DNA from: Anthoceros angustus
Lineage: Eukaryota > Plantae > Anthocerotophyta
Assembly (NCBI GenBank): GCA_010909165.1
Contig: MU008168.1
Span: 1,488,001-1,552,000, forward strand
Length of the DNA: 64,000 nucleotides
Reading direction: 5' to 3'
Below are positions 12,860 to 25,800 of this stretch, piece by piece. The notes below the pieces were generated by a model. That model worked only from the letters and a program-made list of their open reading frames with translations. It was not told where the DNA came from and made no database searches. A program made the position numbers and the translations under genes. Position 1 is the stretch's first letter, and the number at the start of each line of letters is the position of its first letter.

Positions 12860-13510
12860 TCTCCACCTCAAATGTGAACTCCTGTAGCAGAATCCACCTC
12901 GCACCGTCCGACAAGTCCGCCTTGTTCACCAAATGCTTGAGCCAAGTGATCAACATAGAACACAAACTCATTGGGCAGAAGGTAGTGTCTGAATTTCTTA
13001 ACGTATACCATTCCCAATGCCTCCGCTCCGTAGTAGTGTACCTCCGTTCGCGTCGTGAGCTGTCTTCCGTAGTAGATTGGGTGATCCCTCCGCTTATCAT
13101 CTTTTGATCGAGCACTACCCGATGGCGGACACATCCACGTACACATGGAATCGCTTCCCCGGTCCGGTCCTTTGAGTCTGGGCACTGCAGGTCTCGAGGT
13201 CTCGAATGCCGCCTCTCGCTCCGTAGTAGTGTACCTCCGTTCGCGTCGTGAGCTGTCTTCCGTAGTAGATTGGGTGATCCCTCCGTTTATCATCTTTTGG
13301 TGAGCACTACCGATGGCGGTGACACATCCACGTACACATGGAATCGCTTCCCCGGTCCGGTCCTTTGAGTCTTTGGGGCCTGAGTGGTGGAGGTCTCGAA
13401 TCGCCTCCCTTTACGGCGTCGGGTCCATTCCTCCTCCTTCCCGAGTAGCTCTAGCTTGGAGGCCCGCTTTGCAAAATCTTGTATGAAACGCCTATAGTAA
13501 CCTACCATGC
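12860..13510 (-). pseudogene. Gypsy RNase H and linker (frameshifted, ~190-bp internal duplication)
   Basis: GYYRRFIQDFAKRA, FHVYVD, HPIYY, YTTTEREALGMVY, KFRHYL, FYVDH, RWILLQEFTF. Confidence 0.85.
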
Positions 13511-14050
13511 CGAATCCCGTAACTCCTTCAAGTTCGTGGCGAGGGATCGGATGACTTTCACCTTGTCTTGGTCCACCTCTATCCCTCTTACCGACACTCG
13601 GTGCCCCAACAAGATTCCTCCGTCATGCCAAGTAGCATTTCTCGGATGCGTGCTTGAGTCTCCTACATCGCTCCAAACACTTCCGCAAATGTCCCACGTG
13701 TTTGTCCTCCTCTCGCACATGTAAGTCATCCAAGAACACCTCCATGAAGTCCCTCGAATTCCAAGACATTGGTCACCATCCGCATAAATGATCCGGTGCT
13801 CTGTCATCCCAAGGCACTCCGTTTGTAGGCAAACGTCCCCCACTCCGTGGTGAATGTTGTCTTATCCCATCCGACTTTAGGTGTAATGTAGCCGAGTAGC
13901 TCCAAGAAGGAGTAGGTACTCCGCCACCTTGTCCAAGATGTCCCACAAAGGGCATGGGAAATGGTCCTTTCCGTGCGACCCCGATGACCGAATGCCTCGC
14001 CGCTTCTTGGCACGACCACAATGGGCGCCACCCACTCACTTTCACGATTG
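13480..14050 (-). pseudogene. Gypsy reverse transcriptase (frameshifted)
   Basis: APIVVVP, RKGPFPMPF, DKTTFTTEWGTFAY, FMEVFLDD (plus strand gtcatccaagaacacctccatgaag), LLGHRVSVRGIEVDQDKV. Confidence 0.85.
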
Positions 14051-14719
14051 GGAAGATGATGTCCGCTTCGATACTTATCCGGGACTTCCTTGACCTTGAG
14101 CGAGTGCTTGGGATTGATTTATCTTGCCTAATCCGTGGGCACCGCCTCCGGCTTCAGATCTATCCGGTGTTATTTGCCCGGAATGCCTTTCATATCCGTG
14201 ACCTTGAAAGCAAACACCCCTGAATTCCCCAACAATCGTGAGGTCTCGTTTAACCCTCCCATGCCCTTGCGAATTTGAGGAATTTCCTGGCGAACCTCCA
14301 CGTCTTCCACATCGTCGGGTTGAGTCTCCCTTTCTCTTCGCCGCTCGTCCGCCATCGTCCTCCATCCGGGGTTCATCTTCACGCATTCCCCACTCCCGAA
14401 AGAGCTCGTCCGAAGTGAAACGGTTACTTCCTCAGTTTCTACTTCCCCGTCCTCTGCTGGACCCTCCTCTTGATTGCCTTCCCCCGGCTCTTGGTCCGCC
14501 GCAGAGTCCACCCTAAAACAATCGATGACCTCCTCGTCCACCTCCGCTCCAAAGGCGTCCCTCCGGTAATCCATCTCCTCCTCTGACCACGTGATTTTGG
14601 GGAAAGGGTAGTCCTCATTCGTATCCTCGCTCATCGTCCCCTTGTCTTGGAGGTGTACCCTCACCGACGGTTTCCACAAGACGTGTCCTTACCTGTAATC
14701 GCTACCGTCCTTCCCTCAC

Positions 14720-15090
14720 CTTCGGATCCCACCACCGGCTTGAAGTGTATCTTCCGTCCAAGTGTAGTTTTGTCCGAGCGAGGCCCAAGGCCGCTAACAG
14801 ACCTCATACCCTGTGGGTCCGGGTCTGATGACGACAAAATCTAATGTATAGGGGGCTCCCGCTATGGTGGCTTGGACTCCGGACAACTCCCCTGCTGGCG
14901 CTCGCCGCGACATGTCCGCCATCCTGAGGGTTTTGGTGGATGGCTCGAAGGTGGTGAACCCCAGCCGTCTTGCGGTGGCCTCGGTGATGAGGTTCACTCC
15001 TGACCCCGTATCTAGAGGCACGTTTTTAATTACACACCCCGCAATTTCCACCTGCACCACTGGCGCCCGGTCCGTATGAGATACGACCTT
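14720..15090 (-). pseudogene. Retropepsin aspartic protease; further copies at ~15780-16090 and ~17070-17350
   Basis: VQVEIAGCVIKNVPLDTGSGVNLITEATARRLG...LRMAD...LDFVV...LLGRPWL pattern. Confidence 0.9.
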
Positions 15091-17449
15091 ACCTCCACGT
15101 TCTTGCCTTCCCCCAAGGAGTTCCGCGTGGTTGCTCGATGGCCTTCGGACTTCCTTGACCTTGAGCGAGTGCTTGGGATTCGCATACGCCAACAGCACCG
15201 CCTCGCTTCAGATCTATCCGGTGTTAGCCTTGTTTGAATGCCTTTCATATCCGTGACCTTGAAAGCAAACACCTCTGAATTCCCCAACAAGCGTGAGGTC
15301 TCGTTTAACCCTCGGCATGCCCTTGCGAATTTGAGGAATTTCCGGGCGAACCTCCACGTCTTCCACATCGTCCGGGGTTGACCGCCTCCTTCTCGCCGCT
15401 TCGCTACGTCCGGCCGTCGTCCTCCATCCGGGTTCATCTTCACGCATTCCCCACTCCCGAAGAGCTCGTCCAAGTGAAACGGTTACTTCTCGCCTACTTC
15501 GCCCCTCTGCTGGACCCTCCTCTTGATTGCCTTCCCGGCTCTTGGTCCGCCGCAGAGTCCACCCTAAAACAATCGATGACCTCCTCGCCCACCTCCGCTC
15601 CAAAGGCGTCCCTCCTAATCCATCTCCTCCTCTCGACCACGTGATTTTGGGAAAGGGTAGTCCTCATTCGTATCCTCGCTCATCGTCCCCTTGTCTTGAG
15701 GTGTACCCTCTGAGGCCGACGGTTTCTCCACAAGATGTGTCCTTACTCCAGTGTCGCTACCCTTCCCTCACCTTGGATCCCACCACCGCTTGAAGTGTAT
15801 CTTCCGTCCAAGTGTAGTTTTGTCTCGAGCGAGGCCCAAGGCCGCTAACAGGACCTCATACCCTGTGGGTCCGGGTCGATGACAAAATCTAATGTATAGG
15901 GGCTCCGCTATGGTGGCTTGGACTCGGACAACTCGCGGCCGCGACATGTCCGCCATCCCGAGGGTTTTGGTGGATGGCTCAAGGTGGTGAACCCCACTGC
16001 CTTGCGGTGGCCTCGGTGATGAGGTTCACTCGACCCGTGTCTAGAGGCACGTTTTAATTACACACCCGCAATTTCCACCGCACCATCGGCGCCTGTGGTC
16101 CGTATGAGATACGACCCTTACCTCCACGTTCTTGCCCACCAAGGAGTTCCGCGTGGTTGCGTTCCCGATGGCCTTCCGGACTTCGCCGATACTGGGTTGT
16201 CCTTTAACAACCGCCTAAGGGACACCAAGTGTTGTTGGTCCATCATCAAGTCGGCCACCTTGAAAGGGCCGGTGGTTCTCCCAGCCACGCGTCGCCTTGT
16301 CTCCTCCTTCTGGCTGTGGTGGCGGACTACTGGGTCCCGTGAGTTCTTCTTGAAGCATCTCGGTCACTTCGAACCACATCCGGTGGAAGCTGCGGCGTTG
16401 CCGTGGTGAGTCCTTCTCGAGACTCCGGTGGCTTTTGGGGTTTCTTCTCTGGCGGGCTGCTTAACTCGCCTCTTTGGCGGGTTCGGCTTCAGATCTATCC
16501 GGTTCGCCCATCGCTTTGAATGCCTTTCATATCCGTGACCTTGAAAGCAAACACCTCTGAATTCCCCAACAATGTGTGAGGTCTCGTTTAACCCTCCGAT
16601 GCCCTTGGAATTTGAGGAATTTCCGGGCGAACCTCCACGCCTTCCACATCGTCCGGGGTTGACTGCCTCCTTTCTTGCTGCCTACGTCGCTCCTCCATCC
16701 GGGTTCATCTTCACGCATTCCCCACTCCCGAAGAGCTCGTCAAGTGAAACGGTTACTTCTCGCCTACTTCCGCCTCCGCTGGACCCTCCTCTTGATTGCC
16801 TTCCCGGCTCTTGGTCCGCCGCAGAGTCCACCCTAAAACAATCGATGACCTCCTCGCCCACCTCCGCCTCCAAAGGCGTCCTCCGGTAATCCATCTCCTC
16901 CTCGACCACGTGATTTTGGGAAAGGGTAGTCCTCATTCGTATCCTCGCTCATCGCCCCACTGCCTCTTCGGAGGTGTACCCTCCAGGCCGACGGTTTCTC
17001 CACAAGACGTGTCCTTACCTGTAATCGCTACCGTCCTTCCCTCACCTTCGGATCCCACCACCGCTTGAAGTGTATCTCTTCCGTCCAAGTGTAGTTTTGT
17101 CCGAGCGAGGCCCAGCCAAGGCCTAACAGACCTCATACCCTGTGGGTCCGGGTCCGATGACGACAAAATCTAATGTATAGGGGCTCCGCTATGGTGGCTT
17201 GACTCGGACAACTCGGCCGCGACATGTCCGCCATCCCGAGGGTTTTGGTGGATGGCTCAAGGTGGTGAACCTGCCTTGCGGTGGCCTCGGTGATGAGGTT
17301 CACTCGACCCGTGTCTAGAGGCACGTTTTAATTACACACCCGCACTTCCACCGCACCATCGGGCGCCTGGTCCGTATGAGATACGACCTTACACGTCTTG
17401 CCTTCCACCAAGGAGTTCCGCGTGGTTGCGTTTCCTGATGGCCTTCGGA

Positions 17450-20120
17450 CTTCACAGCCGATACCGGGTTGTCCTTTAACAACGCCTAAGGGACACCAAG
17501 TGTTGTTGGTCCATCATCAAGTCGGCCACCTTGAAAGGGCCGGTGGTTCTCCGCCGCCACGCTGCTCGCCTTGTCTTCCGCTTTGCCACGGTGGTTGGAC
17601 TACTGGGTCCCGCGGAGTTCTTCTTGAAGCATCTCGGTCACTTCCGAACCACATCCGGAAAGCGCGCTGTGAGAGTCTTCGAGACTTTTGGGGTTTCTCC
17701 CGTGGGCCCGGTTTAACTCGCCTCTTTGGGGTTCGGCTTCCTTCAGGTGTTCCGTCCTCCGTATCCGTGGACTATCCTCATTTTCTTCCTCTTACTGCCT
17801 CTCCTCCTTCCGCTCCTTTCGGCGACTCGGGTTGACACTTCCAAGACTCCAGTCCGCCTTCTCCTTAGCGAACTTGCCCGTACCACCTCGCCAGCTCCCT
17901 GCCTCCTCCCACTCCGCCCCAGCGTCTTCAATTTAGCAGTGCGCCTTAGGAGGGGGGCGGGTGGTTCTCTGCGTCACGCGTTCGCCTTGTCTCCTCCAGC
18001 GTTTGGTGTGGTGGCGGACCGCCACAGGTCGGAGTTCTTCTTGAAGCATCTCGGTCACTTCCGAACCACATCCGGTGGAAGCTGCGGCGTTGCCGTGGTG
18101 AGTCCTTCTCGAGACTCCGGTGGCTTTTGGGGTTCTTCTCTGGCGGGCTGCTTAACTCGCCTCTTTGGCGGGTTCGGCTTCCTTCATGGGTGTTCCGTCC
18201 TCCGTATCCGTGGACTATCCTCATTTTCTTCCTCTTACTGCCTCTCCTCCTTCCGCTCCTTTCGGCGACTCGGGTTGACACTTCCAAGACCTCCAGTCCG
18301 CCTTCTCCTTAGCGAACTTGCCCGTACCACCTCGCCAGCTCCCTGCCTCCTCCCACTCCGCCCCAGCGTCTTCAATTTGTAGCATGTGCGCCTTAGGAGG
18401 GGGGCGGGTGGTTCTCTGCGTCACGCGTTCGCCTTGTCTCCTCCAGCGTTTGGTGTGGTGGCGGACCGCCACAGGTCGGAGTTCTTCTTGAAGCATCTCG
18501 GTCACTTCCGAACCACATCCGGTGGAAGCTGCGGCGTTGCCGTGGTGAGTCCTTCTCGAGACTCCGGTGGCTTTTGGGGTTCTTCTCTGGCGGGCTGCCG
18601 GTTAACTTCGTCCTCTTTGGCGGGTTCGGCTTCCTTCAGCGGGTGTTCCGTCCTCCGTATCCGTGGGACTATCCTCATTTTCTTCCTCTTATGTCTCCGT
18701 TCCTTCGCTCCTTTCGGCGACTCGGGTTGACACTTCGGTACCTCGGGTCCGCCTTCTTCTCCTAGAACTTGCCCGTACCACCTCGTTCGAGCTCCTCGGT
18801 GCCTCCTCCCTCCACTTGTGCGTCTTCAATTTATACAGGCCGCCTTAGGGAGGCGTGGTGGTCTTGGCTCCCGCCGGGTTGCGAGCGACTGCCTCGAGCG
18901 AGGATTCGGACAGGTACGCCTGCATGTGCCCCGCCATAATCTCCACAGCCGTTCAAAGTCCCGTTACCTTGCGGTGGGGTATGGACAGCGTTGGAGTAGT
19001 GTCCGGGTTCCCACAGCCCAACAGACCACCGCCGCCCTGAGAATTCCTGGAGGGGCTCCCATGCGAGACGGAGGTCGATGCACAGACGGACCAGCTGCTG
19101 TGGGGTACATCGTCCTGGGATACCGCGGTCCCGGTTGTGCTTCTTGCACTTGGTATGCGTCCTCCCACTGTTCCTCGGACTCTTCCCCGTAGTCACACTC
19201 CACCTGGTTCACGGGTCTGGAGGGGCAGTTGGCCTTCGAATGCCCATGTTGGTGACACACCGCACACCACAGATCAGTACGGACCGTGGTGGCCGCCTTA
19301 CGCCGCTCTTTATCCTTCACCGGTTGATCGTCAACTCCTCCACCCTCTTCATTACCCGTTCTAGATCTTCCCTCGCCCGCTACTTCCTTCAAAGGAGCTG
19401 GGTCGGACCTCTGCACGGCGGGCATCATGACCTCCTTCTTTTCCACCTCCGCCGACTACGGGCTTCTTCTTCTTTATTTTCGGGTTCTTCTTCTTCCATG
19501 ACCTCCTGGATTCTTCCTGAGTCCTCTTCCTCCTCCTCCGTACCTCGGTCTCATCCTCCTCTTCGTCCGAAGGTTCTTCATCTTCGAGTCCGACCTCGCT
19601 TTCTTCTTTCTTCTTCCTCCTGAGGAGTCCTCGCCGTCGTTGGTGCATCGATTCTTCATAGTTCTCCGCCGCCCGGACCGCCTTGCTCACATCTTTCTCG
19701 CCAACAAGAAGACGTGCTTAGCCATTGGCTTGGATAAGCCACCGAACCAACGCATCACCGCATGGTAGTGTGAGTGGTGCGTCCAGCGCGTAGAACCGCT
19801 CGATGTACGATCCCAACTTCTCCGCCTTTCCTCGCTTTTTCTCGAGTTTGGACAAGACATAGCCTTCTTGATCGATTCATGGAATCTTTCTAAGAAGGCA
19901 TCCTTCAATCTTGAAGGTTGCGGTGCGTGAGGGCGGTATTTCCTCCGATACCACCGAGTCCTCAGGACCCCTTGGAACAAAATGAGTCGGTCCGAACCTT
20001 CTCCGTTGAAGTTTGCCCGAGACACAAAATCCTCCACGGTTTCAGGCTCTCTCCTTCTTACCTCCAAAGAGAGAATACGCTTGCTTGGTCGACGTTGTTG
20101 CCATCGCCACATTGTAAGGG
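17450..20120 (-). pseudogene. Gag region with CCHC zinc knuckle (19225-19266); C-terminal part triplicated
   Basis: CAVCHQHGHSKANC. Capsid-like blocks VEDFVSRANFNGEGSDRLILFQGVL, LKDAFLERFH and KAVRAAENYEE start just after the PBS. Confidence 0.8.
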
Positions 20121-21697
20121 ATGAGGAACCGCCTTACCACCGACTTGGCCGCGGCCCTCCTCTCGATCCGACAACTCCACCACACTTACTGTTATCGGTG
20201 TCCTCGCCTCGAGCTCGTTGCCTCACGTGCGCGCCGAGCGCCGGCGCCACAACGTCCGACTCTCTCGAATTCTTCCTTAACTACCTCACGCCCTCCACGC
20301 ATCCACGCGCTAACGATTTCATTCCGACAGGCCAAAATGTGGCGCGACTTTCACCGATGGCCACCGGCGCGCACAATCCGTGTCGTTGTAGGAAGAAGTC
20401 CGTTCCCAAGGGAATGATAGGCTCCGCTTGCGTGTGATTCCCACTGCCCCCTGCTCACCAACACACACATACTCCTAACTACTCACAACGTTCACCGTGA
20501 CAGCCGGTATGGCCAAACGCTTAAGGACCCGTCGGCCCGTATCGCTCACATCCGTCCCTCACATCCTCCTTTCCTCTCTCCCTCACGCTACACTCCTCGC
20601 CTTAGAAAAGACGCTGGTTACATGCCCCGACCTCCTCCGACCGCCTCTCCGTCCGGCTCAGACGCCTCCCGAGTTCCTCCGGCTCACACGCCCACTGCTC
20701 GGCGCCGGGCTGCCCGGACGAGCACGGGTCACCACCCTTCCCCGCACACACCACAACACGTGGGTCCGTCACGGGACCGATCAATCTCCCGAGTCGCTGC
20801 TCGCCGTGACTCAGACTCACGTTAGCAAGAAGACACACAAGGTCTGCAAGAACGCGCATCAACACCAAGAGAAAGATGATTTATCTGTATGCCTTAGCCC
20901 TCTTATACTACGCCAAGGTCGGCGCCTTTATTACACCTCTATTCTCGAAATGGGCCGCCTGGTACCCTAACCACCGCCTACTACCCTATTCCACCTATCG
21001 CTGGTGGTGGGCTGGATGGCCCTCATTCCTTCTTGGCACCGGCGCCCAAAGCCGAGCTCGCAGCGCACCCAATCGGATGATCCGCGAGGCGGACCCTTCC
21101 TCTTCCCGAGGGTCTGCCAGTCGGCCACCGGCGGCTCGACAACGGCGGTCACCACCAAGTCCTCCTCGCCCTCCCTCTTCTCTCTCGGCGGGCCCTCAGG
21201 GCCTCCAAGGGTTGGATCTGGGTTGGATCATGGCTCTCCCCACTCCCGAGTTTGGACCTCGGGTCCGGACCTCCTCGCCTCCCGAGTCCGGACCTCTAGG
21301 TCCGGTCTTCCTCCGGGTCCGGCCTTCCTCCGGCCTCCGCCTCCTCCGGGTCCGGCCCTGGGACCGGACACCTCGGGTCCTCGACCCAACCTTCTCCGCT
21401 GAAGTTTGCCCGAGACACAAAATCCTCCACGAAGGTTTCTGCTCTCCTTCTTACCTCCAAAGAGAGAATACGCTTTTTGGTCGACGTTGTCGCCATCGCC
21501 GATTGGTAAGGGATGAGGAACCGCCTTACCACCGCCGACTTGCGCGTCTCCTCCTCGATCCGACAACCCACCACACTTACCCGTTCGGTGTCCTCGCCTC
21601 GAGCTCGTTGCCTCACGCGCCGCAACACAACGTCCGCAAGAACTCTTCCTTAACTACCTCACGCCCTCCACGCATCCACGGCTACGGAACGATTTCA

Positions 21698-21713
21698 TTC
21701 CCGAACGGCGCCA
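21698..21713 (-). promoter_or_regulatory. Primer-binding site, tRNA-Asp(GUC)-like (TGGCGCCGTT--CGGGAA); degenerate second copy at 20322-20334
   Basis: Lies 3 nt after the LTR end CA. It resembles the Athila-type PBS TGGCGCCGTTGCCGGGGA with a 2-nt deletion. Confidence 0.6.
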
Positions 21714-22899
21714 AAATGTGGCGCGACTTTCACCGATGGCGACAATCCCGTGGTCGTAGGAAGAAGTCCGCTCCCAAGGGAATGATAGGCTCCGCCACTG
21801 CGTGTGATTCACCTCACTTAGCGCCTGCTCACCCTCAACACACATACTCCTAACTACTCACAACGTTCACCGACAGCCCAGTAAACGCTTAAGGACCTGT
21901 CGTCCAGATTGCTCACATCCGCCCCTCACACATCCGTCCTTTCCTCTCTCCCTCACTCCCGCCTTAGAAAGACGCTGGTTACATGCCCCGACCTCCTCCG
22001 CTCCGCCGGCCTCCGTCCGGCTCAGACGCCTCCCGAGTTCCTCCCACACGCCCACTGCTCGGCCGCTGCTCCCGACGAGCACGGGTCACCACCACCCTTC
22101 CCCGCACACACCACAACACGTTAGGTCCGTCACGGGACCGATCAATCTCCCGAGTCGCTCGGCTCGCCGTGACTCAGACTCACGTTAGCAAGAAGACACA
22201 CAAAGGTCTGCAAGAACGCGCATCAACACCAAGAGAAAGATGATTTATCTGGGCCTTAGCCCTCTTATACTACGCCAAGGTCGGCGCCTTTATTACACCT
22301 CTATTCTGAAATGAGAGGCCACTGTGGTACCCTAACCACCGCCTACTACCCCGCTTATTCCACCTATCGCCTGGTGGGGGCCGGGATGGCCCTCATTCCT
22401 TCTTGGCACCGGCCCAAAGCCGAGCCTGCCGCGCACTAATCGGATGATCCGCGAGGCGGACCCTTCCTCTTCCCGAGGGTCGGCCAGCGGCCGGCCTCGA
22501 CATGGGCCACCACCAAGTCCTCCTCGCTCTCTCTCTCTCTCTCAGCGGGCCTCCAAGGGTTGGATCTGGCTGGACCATGGCTCTCCCCACTCCCGAGTTT
22601 GGACCTCGTGACTGCTCGACCCGAGTCCGGACCTCTAGGTCCGGTCTTCCTCCGGGTCCGGCCTCCGGCCGGCCGAGTCCGGCCCTGGGACCGGATCGCC
22701 GGGTCCGGCCTCGACCCAACCCTTCCTCGGGTCCGGACCTCGTGGTCGGACTGTCACCAGAGTCCTGATCCCTAAGTCCGGACCTCGGGGCCGGACTGGG
22801 TCCGCTCTCGAGTCCGGACAAAGTCCGACCTCGTGCCCCGGCATGCCTCCTCGCCGGCTAGCCACGGGTTCATCCACGAGCCTCCCTTGGTTCCCGAAT

Positions 22900-25800
22900 G
22901 CCCGTTGCACCTTTTCCCTTCAAGATCCTCCTTCCTTCCATGCGAGGGTGCCGAGGCTTACCTCCTGTGGCGCCTTCCTCCTCCGGTTCCTCCGCTGCTC
23001 CTTCGCCGCTGCCGTCAGCCTCCTAGGACTCCTGCCAGCTGTCCGGTCCGTCCTCCTCGCCTCCTCCTTCCATCCTTCCGAAGTCCACCTCCCGCCTAGG
23101 GTGGCGCAGACCTCCAGAGCCTTGAGGAGCTCGCGTAGTAGGCGGTCGGAATCGACTTGCTGAATCGCCTCCTCCACATGAGCCCGAGCACGACTCTCCT
23201 CCAAAGGTGCTCGAGTGATCGCCCGCCCGCCGCCTGCCTCCGCGGGCTGCTCACCACCGTAGGCGGGCGGACTCCCTTGAGGCCGCCAAGGCCTCTACCT
23301 CTTGCAACCTTCGCCGCCGCTGCCTCCTCCTCCCCGTTGTTGCTTCAGCCCGCCATTATGGGCCATGGAGCCGAGCTCCTTCGCTTCCGCAACCGGACGA
23401 GCAATGTACCTTTTCCTCCAGGCTTCCTCCTTCTTCTATTCTCTCCGAGGTCCTCCACTTCCTTCTCCAGCGGGCTATCCCGTCCGACTCGGCTTCCGCC
23501 ACGCCCCGCCGCAACCTTGCGACGCCGAACTCCTTGCACCGCCTTTCTCCTCCGTCTTCAAGCGGAGCTGAGGCGTTCCACCTCTCGTCAAGTCTTGGAT
23601 TCTCTGAGAACCCCCGCTCCGATGCATCTTGGAGTTGCAACTCCAAGGTGTCCTTGTTGTCCTCCAGCCTCCGCCCGCCCGCCTGCCTCCCGCACTGCAC
23701 CGAGGTCCCCAATCTCCCGGTGCCGGCCTCCGCCTCCTCACGGCTCGGCCGTGCTTGCCCGCTGCCACTTGCTCGGCCTTCGATTGGCGCCTCTCGGCCG
23801 CCTCCACCGGCCCGATCACGCCGATAGTGATCGCGATCGGCCTCGCCGTGGCCTCCGCCTCCTTGGCCACCTTCACCGAGCCTCCACTTGGCTCGTCCAC
23901 GGCCGCTGTCCTCCCGAGTCCGGCCTGCCTCCGCCTCCTCGCCTCCGCCTCGGCCACGCCCCTCCGCCTGCAGAGGTCCTCCGCCCGCTTGGGCCTCCTT
24001 GCTCACTGCTCCTCCACTGAAGGAATTTGGTCCGGCCCTGCGGATGGACCAGACCTCCTCCGCCTCCCGGCTTCCTTCCTCAATCCGCCGAGAGCGCCTT
24101 CCTTCTCGCCTGGCTCCTCCAACCGCCTCGGAGGAGCACCATGCGCCCGGTGGCTTCCACCTCCGGGCCTTCTCGGCCATCCCAAGAGACCCCAGCATAC
24201 CGTCCATGACGGTAGCTGTGACCCGCCGTGTTTCCTCCACGGCTGCAGGTGAGGCTCCCACAAAGTCCGAGGAGCCGCATCTCACGGTCCGCCAAGGCCG
24301 CCTCACTCTTGCAACCTTCGCCGCCGCTGCTCTCCTCCTCCCGTTTCACCCGCCGCTTATGGGCCATGGAGCCGAGCTCCCTTCGCTCGCAACCGGACGA
24401 GCAACTGTACTCTTCCTCCAAAGGTTTCCTCCCTTCTTCTATTCTTTCCTGAGGTCCTCCACTTCCTTCTCCAAAGTGCGGGCGATCCCCGTCCGACTCG
24501 GCTTCCGCCCTCGCAACCGCGACGCCGAACTCCTTGCACCGCTCTGCTCCTTCTTCAAGCGGAGCTGAGGCGCTCAAGTCTTGGATTCTCTTGAGAACCC
24601 CCGCCGCTCCGATGCATCTTGGAGTTGCAACCCAAGGTGTCCTTGTCCTCCGCCTCCTCCGCCTTTCTACCTCCACTGCACTCGAGGTCCCCACCTCCCG
24701 GTGCCGGCCTCCGCCTCCTCCTCCTCCTTGGCCCTTTTGCCCCTTCCTCCGGCCTTCGATTGGCCGCGGCTCTGGCCGCCTCCACCGGCCCGATCACGCC
24801 GATAGTGATCGCGATCGGCCTGCGGCCTCCGCCTCCTGGCCACCTTCACCGAGCCTCCACTTGGCTCGTCCACGGCCGCCGTGGCCTCCGCCTGCAGAGG
24901 TCCTCCGCCTGCAGAGGTCCTCCGCCTGCAGAGGTCCTCCGCCTCCTCGCCTCCGCCTGCAGAGGTCCTCCGCCTCGCTTGGGCCTCCTTGGCTGCTCAC
25001 TGCCTCCACTGAAGGAATTTGGTCCGGCCTGCGGATGGACCAGACCTCCTCTCGCCTCCCCGCCTCAATCCCGCCGAGCCGCCTTCCTTCGCCTGGCTCC
25101 TCCAACCGCCTCCCCGGAGGAGCACCATGCGCCCGGTGGCTTCCACCTCCGGGCCTTCTCGGCCATCCCAAGCATCCTGTGAGCATACCGCCCATGACGG
25201 TAGCTGTGACCCGCCGTGTTTCCACGTCACCGGTGAGGCTCCCAAAGTCCGCTATGGAGCAGATCTCACGGTCCGTCAAGGACCTCCATACTGCCCGAGT
25301 AAGTCCGACTGGGTTCTCGACCCAATCAGACCCTTAGGTCCCGAGGCTCCGAGCTTCCCTCCTTGGCCCTTTTGGCGAGCTCCTTCTCCGCCTTTTTCTC
25401 CCGGGCTCGGCGGAGGTGATGGAGTCCGGAGCACGCCTTTTGCCCCTTCCTCGGCGACAGACTGCTCGATGCGGCCGCTGTCCTCCGCCTCGGCGGCCTT
25501 CGCCTCTCCACCGGCCCGATCACGCCAGTGATCGCGATCGGCCTGGCCTCCGCCTCCTGGCCACCTTCACCGAGCCTCCAGCCTTGGCTCGTCCACGGCC
25601 AGATCCCGCCTGCTGCCGCCCGCCCTCGCCCTCCGCCCGCCTGCAGAGGTCCTCCGCCTCCTTGGGCCTCCTTGGCCTCACTGCTCCTCCACCAAGGAAT
25701 TTGGTCCGGCCTGCGGATGGACCAGACCTCCCTCTCCGCCTCTTTCTTCCTCAATCCGCCGAGAGCCGCCTTCTCGCCTGGCTCCTCCAACCGCCTCCCG

